In this document: one piece after another, positions 1-11,407 of the stretch
Layout: every line of letters starts with the position of its first letter
Numbering within the stretch: the stretch's first letter is position 1
Assembly: GCA_046563655.1 (NCBI GenBank)
Contig: CM102283.1
Location: 434,001-498,000, forward strand
Source of the DNA: Yuukianura sp. NJ FZ-2021
Taxonomy: Eukaryota
Reading direction: 5' to 3'
Length of the DNA stretch: 64,000 bases
Translations under genes and position numbers: made by a program
The notes under the pieces: generated by a model
The model's database searches: none
The model's input: the letters and a program-made list of their open reading frames with translations, nothing else
Told to the model about the DNA's origin: nothing

Positions 1-477
1 GCTTTAGTTTCAAAATTTCGAAAATTAAGCAGAACTCTTTCATAATTTTGAAAATTATTCTGATTTATGTTACACTTTCATAATCATAATTCTTGTTTGG
101 GATGAAACAATTGGACTAAATGAGCGATTGAGGTTGAGGCGTGTCAATGTCGATTTGTGCGCATGTCCTTCTGTCTTCAATTAATCTTCCTAATCTCCCT
201 CCCAAGAGTATCCGCCTCTTCCAATAATTGAAAAAGTAAATTGGTTGTGCAGGTCAAACTTTAGTTTTCTTGGCTCCACATTTCCTTCCTTTGAATAACA
301 AAAGTAACAATAGAAATGTCCAAGGACAAACACATCGCATGATCTCCATCACTGATGCAACAAAACAGGCCAAATCTCTAACAAAACCTAAGTTTAACAA
401 AAGTTTTTTCATTCAAAGTTTACAAAACCTTTAGGTTTTGTTTATGTTAGCGCAAATTCTGTTTTGGAGATTTTGGC

Positions 478-645
478 AACTGGCAATTTCGAAAAGACAA
501 CAATTATGAAAATAAAACTGGTAATTTCGAAACGACAACACTTTTGAAAATAAAAGTTGCAATTTCGAAAAGACAACACTTTTGAAAATAAAAGTTGCAA
601 TGTTTAAAAGCAAACTGGCAATTTTGAAATTAAATTTGCAATTTT
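478..645. repeat. Short degenerate tandem repeat (~38 bp, gcaatttcgaaaagacaacacttttgaaaataaaagtt)
   Basis: About 4 degenerate copies visible directly. Confidence 0.7.
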
Positions 646-1279
646 GAGCATACAGACAGATCGGGGCGGGAGAGGAATTAAAATTGGCAAAACTTGGAGA
701 ATTTTTGTGTCGTAAAAATGAGAGTTTTCGGAAGATATACGATGAGCATGGCGGTAAAATTTTGCATTCGGAGGAAGATTTTATGGCTCAAAATATTAAT
801 TTTTTGTGTGAACGTTCGTAAAAGGCTTTTTGGAAAAGTGGTTTCGTTTTTTTTGGTTTGTCGGCAAGTGGAAAAGTCTGCACCAGCAGATGGAAGTCGT
901 CTCGGTTTGATGCCTTTTTCTGAATCATCTTCCAGATTCAAACATTCAAATTCCAATTCCTCTGTTGCCAAAAACTGTTATGGCTTTTTTTTGCTTTTGT
1001 AGAAAAAAAAATGTTACAAAAAATGTTTTTGGTGGTTATTCAACCCCTCCGTCCGTTGAAATTTCCACGAAATGACTAATTCTTTAGCCTTTTGCTAAAC
1101 TGTCTATATGTCTTCAACCAAATACCTAAGCAGATTATTTTCCAAAAAAAAAGGAGTCCAGTTTCAGCCTAAAAATTTTTGTTTTTAGAATAGAAAAATA
1201 AAACTGCTGGAAAAAAAACTACTTTTTGGACATGTTTTTGAAAAAAGTGACACCATTTTTGTTTGGTTTCTGTTTAGAT

Positions 1280-4200
1280 ATGAGTATCTCGAGCGGAAGC
1301 GACGTGACGATTCCCATCCAGGACTCCCCACCACCTCCCCCATCGCCCTACGCAAACGCAAAAGACCACTTTGACGCTGAAGCTGGAGCGTCACGAGGAC
1401 ATGGCATTGACAATAAAAGTTTCAGCGATGGCCCATCGTCACTCAACGAATTAAACGGGAACAAGAAGTCAATGAAGAATCAAACTGAGATTCCAATGGA
1501 CCACTACGCAGAATCAGGAAGCGACTGCTCTCCGAAGGTCACCGAGGCAGTGAACACAGAGTTGGTTCACGGGGTCAATGTCCTGGACACGATTCCACAC
1601 AAACCCCAGTCAGAATTTGGTCCATATGAAAAGTTTCCAGAGTACTTCATCTCCGTCAACCAGCACAAAAAGTTTTTTGCGTACGTTTCAAAATTCATTC
1701 CAAAAACTAAAATTTCAAAAACTGATTCCAAGTCAAAATTTTGAATTTACTGGTACTTTTGGACAGGCGCGGAGAGAAGCTGTCAGTGACTAAGGACAAG
1801 CGACGGAATTCCCGGAATTGCAAAAAGTATTTGTGCTGGGGTCTTGGCGGGCTTTTGGTTGCAGCGCTCATTACAGTGGCTGTGCTAGCAGCAGGTCAGT
1901 GTTCAACCAACGTAGTTTGTTGCGTAAACAATTTTGGACTTGCGCAGTTTGTTGTATTTAATACTACAAAGCTTTAAAGTTTTGAAGTGTTATGAGGTGT
2001 GACTAAACGCGTCTGTTTTGCTCCAAAAGAGAGTTAATGAAATCTCAAATTACATTTACAGTTGGTCTGATTCCTGAAAAGAGTGCTGATGCTACTTTGA
2101 GTCAACGAGTGATGACGACGTCCACTGGAAATCCAGATGACCTTAGCACATTCAGTTCCACTGAAACTGACCTTGGGTCATCCTCGTATCCACCACTCAT
2201 CACACCAGAAGTCACCCAAAGATCCACTGAACCCTCTACAAATTACGGTAAAAACGAAATCCGGGCTGTTCAAGTTCTGTTCCGCTTCCGGGGGTTTAGG
2301 TTAGCTTAGGTTACGAGGGGTTAGCTGAGGTTAGGTTAGGTTACGATAGGTTAGAAGAATCGGGACTAAATTTTTTGCAAAATTTCGAACTTCTTTCCTA
2401 ATTTCGAACTTTTTTTTCAAAATTTTGAACTTTTTCAAAATTTCCAACTTTTTTCAAAATTTCCAACTTTTCTTCAAATTTTCCAACTTTTATCAAAATT
2501 TCCAACTTTTCTTCAAATTTTCCAACTTTTATCAAAATTTCCAACTTTTTCAAAATTTCCAACTTTTATCAAAATTTCGAACTTTTTCAAAATTTCCAAC
2601 TTTTTTCAAAATTTCGAACTTTTTTCAAAATTTGGAACTTTTTTTTTTTTTTTCAAAATTTTGAACTTTTTTCAAAATCTCGAACTTTTTATCAAAATTT
2701 TGAACTTTTTCCAAAATTTCCAACTTTTTCAAAATTTTGAACTTTTTTCAAAATCTCTAACTTTTTTTTTCAAAATTTTTAACTTTTTTCAAAATTTCGA
2801 ACTTTCTTTTCAAAATTTCGAACTTTCTTTTCAAACTTGCGAACTTTTTTCAAAATTTCGAACTTTTTTTCCAAAATTTCAACCTTCTTTTTAAAATTTT
2901 GAACTTTTTTCAAAATTTTGAAAAAAAAGTTACTTTAGTTTTGAAAAAAGGTCGAAATTTTCAAAAAAAAAAAAGTCGAAATTGAAAAAATTTCAAAATT
3001 TTGAAAAAAAAAACGGTTTGAGCAATCTTTGGAAGGAAAGCCGCTTTATTGAAAAGAACTGAATTTTATTTTTGTGGAGCTATTTTTTGCTAGCCACCAT
3101 AATTCCTCATTTATACAGAAGCTCATTTATACCGAGTGTTTCAAGCCCCCTAGTAATTTTAATTGGATAATTTTCTAAATTTTACGAATTTTTAGTCCTT
3201 TCCCCCATCTCAAAGCATTGGACCACCCACGCTTTAAAGGAATTTACTCCCCACCCAAGAGAAAATTTTTACGGGGGGTAATGAAACACTCGGTAGGTTT
3301 TAGGTGTATCTTTTAGTTCTTTCTGTTTCTGTTGCGCTTATCATTTCTTGGGAGAATGCTGTTGATAGGCTAATGAATTAATCTAAATCGGTAATACTAC
3401 TTGCGAGTTTGTAAAAAGTTCATTCATAATCTTAACAAATTCCATTCTAATTTTCCACAAAAACTGTCACACTGGGAGGTCCTACTCCTAACTTCTTTTC
3501 CAAAAGCTAAGGTAACAACTATTAAAGGTTTATCGTTTTTGGAACCGAGCTTTGAGAACTTGAGCAGTCCTTAAATAATTGAGGTCAAAGGTCACCGGTA
3601 CCTCGGCACCTCAGCATATAAGAATTAAGTTTTGAAGCTTAGCTGTGCATTTTTTTAGTTCCGAATGCCGCTGACGTTGAGCTGAGGTTCAAAGATGCAG
3701 AATTTGAAGATGATTTGGACGATGCCACGAGCTCAAAGTTCAAATCGCTGGCGGCAGAAGTGGAAAGTGAAGTGAAACAGAAACTGGAGGCTGAAGAAAT
3801 CATTGATGTCGCTTCAGCTCATGTTACCGAATTCAGGTAAACAATTTCAAAGAAAAGAAAAGGTTAATCGAATTCTACCAATTTTTTCGGGTGATTTGCA
3901 GTTATCCGACCCGAGTTGAAACGGGGAGGTGGGGAGTGGGGAGTGGGGAGTCCCCACTCCCCATCATAGGTTACCATGGTTAAAACGGGGAGTGGGGGAT
4001 TCCATGTGAATTGGCCAAAATAATTTGGCCAAAAGTGAAAAGGTCAGAGGTGAAAAGGCCAGAAGTGAAATGACCAAAAAGTGAAATGGCCAGAAATGAA
4101 ATGGCCAAAAAGTGAAAAGGCCAAAATCTAAAAACGCCAAAAAGAAAATGGCCAAAAAGTGAAATGGCCAAAAAGTGAAAACGCCAAAAAGTGAAAAGGC

Positions 4201-7200
4201 CAAAATATGAAAAGGCCAAAAAACTGAAAAGACCAAAACATGAAATGGCCAAAAAGTGAAAAGGCCAGAATATGAAAACGCCAAAAAGTGAAACAAGGTA
4301 GATGTCAGTTGTGCAAACAAGTAACTTATATAGGATAAGTTTGCAGTCGGCTTAACAAAAGTCCATGTGGTGTACTGGACAGTGCGTTATGCACAGATCA
4401 CCGCTGCTGCGGGTTCAATTCTTCACCAAAGTGAATTTTTTTTCGGATTTCCTAATTAAATATGTAAAACGATTTTCTAAAAAATAAGCCTAATTTCAAA
4501 CAAAATTTAAAAAATAAAAAAGGGACACAATAATACGGGTGACAAGCTTTCTAAAAATGCAATAAAATCAATAAAAATTTTTTTTGGTACCAATGGGGTT
4601 TGAACCAATGAACGGCAGAACATATAACAGGAGACTTATTTTTTTTTTATTAAATCCGAATTCAGTGTGAAAAGTTAATAGCGGGCCATGAAAACCATAG
4701 TTCCGCACCCTACCAAATGCGAAACAAATCGAACTATAAAACGTGTATGTCAAAATTAACGCATTTGATACAACGTAACAATTAGTTTGAAGGTATCTTA
4801 CTGCTATTGATAAAAACGACGTAGACAAAGTATTTATCTAAAAACCTAACCGTTAATGGATTAGCAAAAACATAGAAACAGCAAATGTCAAACAATAACT
4901 AAAGAACGATAACTAAAATCTTAATTTTAACTACACTAAGTGTCCAATTTAACTATAAAATCCGATATTCTGAGCAATTCCGAGCAGATAATCCGAGACC
5001 GGTAGTTCGTCATACTTTTCGACAATACTGATGAGTCGAATCTCCAAATCCCGGTACTTCTTTCGTTGCGGCTGAGCAGGAGCACCAGCATTAAGTTGGT
5101 TCAGAACCATTTCAGTATGGCTTTGCTCTTCCTTAAGCTTATCGACGAAGCGCCAAATTGTCGGGTGAGACATACCGAGAAGGGTATTGAATCGCCGATT
5201 CCAGCCTTCGACCGAGTTGTTCGTTCTGGCATTGGTGACGACGGTTGCTTGAAAACAATTCCACAATGAATGTGCAAACATTGGTGGGCGCCATCTTCCT
5301 CGACGTCGACAGCCAATCCAAGTTGATTCAAAGTAGTCGAGCAACGGACGAAGTAGCTCCTCATTATCTTCATAAAATGGAGTGTTCAAAATGACGTCAA
5401 AGGACTGTCGGACGGCTTCAACCGGAACGAAGGCCAGCGCTGGTATTTGTCGGAGATAGAGGGCGAACTCAGCATCCGTGTTGTACTTATTCAAAATGTC
5501 TGGAAACTGCTGGACGTGTTTCCAGATACACTGCGAAAAGTGGAAAAAACATCCACGTTTTTCGGCGTTTGGAAAGACGGTATCAAAAGCATTGAGGCTC
5601 CCGGTTTCAAAGTCGGTCATGATCGAAGTTGGGTTGAAGTTGACCCCGGCGGTGACGGACAGGTTGTTCATCGCAGTTAGAAACCTGGTGTAAGTGTCCT
5701 CTTGCTTGTTGGGTAAAAGGCCGTATACAAGAGGCAAGGTCTTCTTGGATTTGACGCCGTGGACAGTGAATACTTGTTTAAACAATGGTGGTGAGCTCTT
5801 AAAAGTTCCATCCGCGTACCAGTGGCTGCTATGATTGAGAGCTCTTAAATTGGCTGCAGTCGAGAACAACAAAATTCGGTCGTTGCCTGGTCCGGAATCG
5901 AACAACAAAAACTCATCCCCGGTCAGCGTTTTGGTAAATCGTAAGGGCAGGATCAGTTCGGTTAGGTCCCTCGGGTTGGCAGGTGCTGAAGTTTCAACGC
6001 GACGAGTACGATTAATTGTGTTTGAAAGCTGCGATGATGAGGGAAATACCCCTGCGACAGCTTTAGACATCCCGGTGGTTGCGACGGCGATGATTTGAGA
6101 TGGAATCGTAGGCGTAGTTCTGGCCGTTTCTTTAATTGTGCTGATTAATCTCATTTTTTCCAAGGTCGCAGCATCAACAGGGTGATCATGACCTCCAGTC
6201 TCGGATTTGACCTCGTCGTTGGTGGTAACGCACTTTCCTGGACAGCCTTGTCGGTATTCCGTGCATCGCCAATAGACTGAGTCCTTGTAGTTTCCGGTTT
6301 TATAAAAAGTGTGTCCATTTTGCAGTAACAACTGCTTCCCTTTTTGTGATTCCAAGAATTCGAGTGGCATTGTTACTAAAAATTATAATTTAACCTTCAA
6401 TTAAACTTTAAACACTAAAAAAATATAAATATGTATGTTATATACATTACACTTACGCTGAATTCGATGCAATTGGTCTAGATGACCTTAGGATGTGTCC
6501 GAAAACGATTAAACCAAACGGAAACCAGTTGTAGTGTACCAGATGTAGACGTTTTCAAATTTACACTAAAGTTGTTTATTTATGTACTGATTTTCCTTCA
6601 AAAAGTTTTTTTTTCCTTTTTTTTTTGAAAGTGAAGCATTAGCGGTTGTTTTTTTTTTTTGAAATTTTTGTCTTTTCCTGAAAGCACAGAATTCCAGCGA
6701 GAATGATAAGACATTTGAAATTTTTGTAAAAAAAAATCCCTCATTTGAAATTTCAACTGCTAACTTTCGGGGTTTTGGCATTCTGGTCTTTTCACTTTTT
6801 GGCGTTTTCATATTCTGGCCTTTTCACTTTTTGGCCATTTCATGTTTTGGTCTTTTCAGTTTTTTGGCCTTTTCATATTTTGGCCTTTTCACTTTTTGGC
6901 GTTTTCACTTTTTGGCCATTTCACTTTTTGGCCATTTTCTTTTTGGCGTTTTTAGATTTTGGCCTTTTCACTTTTTGGCCATTTCATTTCTGGCCATTTC
7001 ACTTTTTGGTCATTTCACTTCTGGCCTTTTCACCTCTGACCTTTTCACTTTTGGCCAAATTATTTTGGCCAATTCACCTGCTACGGGAGTGGGGAGGAGT
7101 GGGGAGTGAGGAGGAGTGGGGAGTGAGGAGTGAGGAGGAGTGGGGAGTGAGGAGGAGTGGGGAGTGAGGAGGAGTGGTGAAATGTTACAAAATCAAACTT

Positions 7201-10110
7201 AACCTGTTTCATTGGCTCAGCCTAACCTACAGACGAAATCACTAACATGTGCTTTAGCAAACCTAACTCCGCGCCTCCGGCGCGGGCCATTGAACAAAAC
7301 GCATGACGGAAATTACCCTTTTCAATCTCAAACTTATCCGTAATGCGTTTGTTCAATGGCCCGCGCCGCAGGCGCGGAGTTAGGTTTGGTAAAGCACACA
7401 TTAGAGTTTTCATCTCCTCCCCACTCCTCCACACTCCCAGTTTCAACAATGGTAATATAGGACGGGGAGTGGGGAGGAGTCCTCCCCACTCCCAGTTTCA
7501 ACAATGGTAATATAGGACGGGGAGTGGGGAGGAGTCCTCCCCACTCCCAGTTTCAACAATGGTAATATATGACGGGGAGTGGGGAGGAGTCCTCCCCACT
7601 CCTCCCCACTCCCAGTTTCAACAATGGTAATATAGGACGGGGAGTGGGGAGGAGTCCTCCCCACTCCTCCACACTCCCAGTTTCAACAATGGTAATATAG
7701 GACGGGGAGTGGGGAGGAGTCCTCCCCACTCCTCCCCACTCCGAGTTTCAACAATGGTAATATATAACGGGGAGTGGGGAGTGAGGAGGACTCCTCCTCA
7801 CTCCTCACTCCCCACCTCCCCATTTCAACTCGGGTCGGATAACTGCAAATCACCCATTTTTTCAATAGTAGGATTAGATAAAAAAAAAACTCCGCATTTT
7901 TTCTTACTATCAATTCATCGTTGAATCAATTTTTTACAGAAGTGGGAGCATAATTGCTAAATTGCGAATTGGATGGAGTCGAATTGGCGTTGGGGAAGAA
8001 GCTCCTGCATTCCATACCATTCAGACCTTGGTCAGTAGTTGGACGGAAGTGGGCAATTTCACGCTCGGACGCGGCACCGTCCTCTACCGTAATCATAATA
8101 TCAAAGAAAAACTTTGCAGAATTTTTTAAAAGAGTTTTTGAATTTGTGAATTTTTTTTGTGTCACAGCCCTGTACAACTCCTGCAAACTGTCTAACGGAG
8201 GGTGCTCTCACAACTGTGCCTTTGACGAATCATCGCTGGAGTTCATGTGTACTTGTCCAGAAGACAAACTGCTGGACTCTGACAAGAAGACGTGCGTCGA
8301 ACCCCAGACGAATGTGCCAGAAGAAATGGAATCTTCCTCCGCGTCTTCTTCAGAACCACCGTTCGAAGTTTCCACTTCTACCACTACCACGGCTGCTCCA
8401 ATTCCCGTTTCAGCGACGTCTGTCCCAGAAGAAGTGACGACAGTCAGCACAACTACTACGGAAGCATCAACAACAACAACAACAACAGAATTGCCTCCAG
8501 TGACACCACAAGAAGAATCCAACCAATCACCAAGCGAGGACTCACAGCTACAGTCGACATCTAAGCCAGAAGTTGTAGTCTCGTCACATTCGACTGAAGA
8601 CGTCACAACGTCAACCACGACACACCCAGAAATCCATCCAGAATCCACGTCCGAACCGACTCCAGCTGAACCCACAACTTCAGTCGTCACACACAACGAA
8701 ACTAGTGAGCCTCATCCAGTTGAACCGCCGACTGCAACCGAACACACGTCCACGACACTCGAACCACCTCCGACTCATTCCGAACCGGACGAAAATGTGG
8801 CGGCAGTAGTCGTCCAAACGGAACCCGAAGTTATCACGATCACATTCGCCAGTGATTCGGCCGACTTGGTTACAACTCCACTCACTTTGGATCTAGGAGA
8901 ACCGCTAGCTCATGATAATCCAACCGTCACAAACACTACCTCCGACGCGGTACACGAAACGGTACCAGAGGAACGACCCACATCTGTCCAAACGGTACCA
9001 GAGGATCACCAAGTATCTGCCGAACCGGTACCACAAGATCGACAGACATCTGTCGAAACTGTGCCAGAGGATCAGCCAGCATCTGTCGAAACGATACCAG
9101 AGAATGGACAAACATCTGACGAAACGGTACCAGAGGATCAGCAAGTTTCTGTCGAACCGGTACCACAAGATCGACATACCTCCAACGAGACTCAGCCTGA
9201 AGTGGGACCAGAAGTGACCACTCTTCCAATCCTGGACGAAGGACACGCAGTAGTAGCCGAAGTTCCTGACGAAGACGCTGCTCAAAACAGTACTGGACGC
9301 AAGTCGTCTAGGGCGTTTGATTCTTCCGAAACGTCTGAGATGGAGCCAACACGCGAGGCACTGTTGCATCGTCCCTCTGTGAGTAACTCTGACGAATTCA
9401 TGGTCTACAGTGACATTGAGATGGCGCAACCCAACAACGAATCCACCACTTTGGGATCATCTCTCGCGAGTGACGAAATTGGAACGTCCATGTCACAGGA
9501 AGAAATGAGCCACGAAATGATACAAAGTGGAGAACAGAACAGGCCAGATCAGGAGCCGCATAGATTCGAACAACTCATCATCCCGCGGCATGAAATTGAA
9601 ATTCTGCCTGTCACAGACAGAGAACGTGAGGAAATGACGACGCAGTTGCCCATGAGCTACATCAACGACACTCTGGTTAACGAAATGACAGAGAATGCCA
9701 CCGAGGACGTCGACAGCGAACAGTTGACGCCGCATGCGCAGAGCGCTTCTCAAGAGTCAAGTGCCGAAGGCGTTGTGATCGAAGCCAACGCCAGCAAAGA
9801 ACAATCTAACACAACCAGTCCGGCAGAAGTCGTTCCAACGGAGTCACCAGTAGACTTATCACAGGAACTTCCGAACTCTACCGAACGAGACGACGATCTG
9901 GCCACTCTGGTGCAAGAAGTTCATTCGGAAATCGCTACGGCTGTTCCGAGTGAAACCGAGTTGGGCACGAGTAGTCCACAGTCTGAGTCAGAAGTTCCGA
10001 GAGAAGAGAGCAGCGCAGAAGCGATTTTAGAAACAGATCAAGCGTCGTCCGGAATTGGCACAAATTCGAATCTGCCTTCTGAGTTGTCGGAAAACGAACT
10101 CACATCCTAA
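1280..10110 (+). CDS. Type II membrane protein with SEA domain, one EGF-like domain and long acidic Ser/Thr/Pro-rich mucin-like tail
   Basis: Exons 1280-1680, 1767-1894, 2062-2247, 3659-3836, 7940-8088 and 8168-10110 join in frame across GT-AG introns. TM helix LCWGLGGLLVAALITVAVLAA; SEA signature FEDDLDDATSSKFKSLAAEVE...FR/SGSIIA; EGF motif CKLSNGGCSHNC...CTCPEDKLLDSDKKTC. A 13-aa repeat (ETVPEDxQxSV) lies at ~8955-9180. Confidence 0.8.
2375..3010. repeat. Intronic ~20-bp minisatellite (caaaattt(c/t)(c/g)aacttttt), last copies inverted
   Basis: More than 25 degenerate copies, preceded by degenerate TTAGG runs at ~2295-2353. Confidence 0.9.
3132..3293. mobile_element. Tc1/mariner-type MITE
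   Basis: TIR ccgagtgtttca / tgaaacactcgg, flanked by TA on both sides. Confidence 0.75.
4006..7077 (-). mobile_element. Mutator-like (MULE) DNA transposon with ~290-bp TIRs built of short tandem motifs
   Basis: 4006-~4293 is the near-perfect reverse complement of ~6790-7077 and encloses a transposase ORF. No TSD discernible. Confidence 0.9.
4949..6370 (-). CDS. MULE transposase with N-terminal FLYWCH zinc finger (473 aa, uninterrupted)
   Basis: FLYWCH-like YWRCTEYRQGCPG...HDH; MULE core WYADGTFK, IMTDFE, GCFFHFSQ, RTNNSVEGWN. Confidence 0.95.
   Translation of the reverse strand: MPLEFLESQKGKQLLLQNGHTFYKTGNYKDSVYWRCTEYRQGCPGKCVTTNDEVKSETGGHDHPVDAATLEKMRLISTIKETARTTPTIPSQIIAVATTGMSKAVAGVFPSSSQLSNTINRTRRVETSAPANPRDLTELILPLRFTKTLTGDEFLLFDSGPGNDRILLFSTAANLRALNHSSHWYADGTFKSSPPLFKQVFTVHGVKSKKTLPLVYGLLPNKQEDTYTRFLTAMNNLSVTAGVNFNPTSIMTDFETGSLNAFDTVFPNAEKRGCFFHFSQCIWKHVQQFPDILNKYNTDAEFALYLRQIPALAFVPVEAVRQSFDVILNTPFYEDNEELLRPLLDYFESTWIGCRRRGRWRPPMFAHSLWNCFQATVVTNARTNNSVEGWNRRFNTLLGMSHPTIWRFVDKLKEEQSHTEMVLNQLNAGAPAQPQRKKYRDLEIRLISIVEKYDELPVSDYLLGIAQNIGFYS
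7231..7414. mobile_element. Palindromic MITE-like insert (~80-bp arms)
   Basis: tgtgctttagcaaacctaactccgcgcctccggcgcgggccattgaacaaaacgcat is mirrored by atgcgtttgttcaatggcccgcgccgcaggcgcggagttaggtttggtaaagcaca. Confidence 0.7.
7415..7805. repeat. Tandem 54-65-bp repeat with internal ggggagtggggagg/cctccccactccc palindrome
   Basis: Six copies of agtttcaacaatggtaatata... inside the outer element. Confidence 0.9.
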
Positions 10111-11407
10111 TAGACCTTTTTTTTCAAAATTAAAATTTTGAAGGAGAGGAAACTGTTTAAAGTGTTCAGCGTTCCGACAATCTCTGACTGACGGGGAAAA
10201 TTTAAAAAGACGAAAATGGCAGGAGGGGTACTAATAATATTTTAAGATTCCAAGTAGATTGCTAGTTAAACTTCAATTAATCTTCTTTTAGTTAAACTCT
10301 AACTTTTTGTTAACTTAGTTCAATTTGTTAAACTAACCTTTAACTTTAAAAATTAAAAGTATAGTAGTGTAGAGGTCAAATCGTTAGTTCAAAATTCTTT
10401 CAAAAGTCATCAATTCAGAAAAGGTGTAAAACAAAATCACTCCTCCAGAGTATCCATACTTTGTTGTTTTTTTTTTCAGATGTCATAAAAATTTGAAATA
10501 AGCTAAGCTGCAGTAAAAAGTAGAAAAAATGAAATTTTTAGACTTGCATAGTACCAAAAATGTTAGCTGTTAGATTTTGTGTTAAGGAATGAAAACAGTT
10601 TTTGTCCAAATGTTCGCCAAATTGTGTGATACCTGTTTTGTAGCAATAAGTCATAGGTCACCACCTACAATTGTTTGTGCTTCAACTTAATTAATCAACT
10701 ACATTTTAGAGTGTAAATAGCTACGTTGACGTGCTTTTGATACAACTTAAGTCTAAGAGCAATTAGAGAATTGGGGATGAGCATTGTACTATGTTTAGAC
10801 TGTAAAAATAAATGTTAATTCGGAGGTCACGACCTCTCATGTTGCTTTATTGTTGTTTGAATAGCGTACACCTAGGTACTTTTTCGAACAAAAACGTACT
10901 TTTCCGTTCGGATTAGATAAATAAAATGGCTGTCAACGGCTATTGGCTGAACCATTTCAAGTGTGTCTGAGGCGCCACGGAGCGAACCCTGTCATTTCCA
11001 CACAAAAACGGGACGAACTAAGAATTGACGACTATAATTGTAACCCACCGGCCCTCTGCTGTGGGCTACATTAGGTGGCTACACCTGTGGCAACTTGTGC
11101 AGCCATTTTAGCCTAACATAACTTAAAGCGGCAAGATTTGTTGCTGCAGACTATTCACACTCATTGTAGCCGCAAAGTTGCTACATTGTGAATACAATTG
11201 GCCCGTATACCTTATCTCAACCTGAAAAATGGCAAAGTTTTTCAAATCACTTCTCTCGTGTATCTTTTCTCTTTTCTTTCATTCAAGTCTTCACCAGCTT
11301 TTCATTTCTTCAGGAATTTGAATCTAAAGACCGGTGTAACCGGAGTGTTGTTATAAGTTATTGCTCATCTGTTCTACTAAGTAATCGTTAATTGCAGTAG
11401 AAGTATA

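Larger units (their letters stand above)
3889..7855. mobile_element. Outer non-autonomous DNA transposon (~50-bp TIR, 8-bp TSD) hosting a nested MULE
   Basis: TIR gggtgatttgcagttatccgacccgagttgaaa... at 3889, with its reverse complement ending at 7855. Direct repeat attttttc at 3881-3888 and 7856-7863. Confidence 0.85.

Noticed and set aside
2425-2894. Phe/Asn/Gln-rich ORFs
   Set aside because: Translations of an intronic minisatellite.
3964-7167. Mirror-image FWPFHF-repeat ORFs at 3964-4320 and 6745-7167
   Set aside because: Translations of the MULE terminal inverted repeats.
7415-7805. Regularly spaced repeats superficially like a CRISPR array
   Set aside because: No unique spacers, eukaryotic context and no cas genes; these are ordinary tandem repeats. 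The same applies to 43880-45550.
7954-8167. N-terminal part of the 718-aa ORF
   Set aside because: The true exon 7940-8088 is in another frame and 8089-8167 is an intron.
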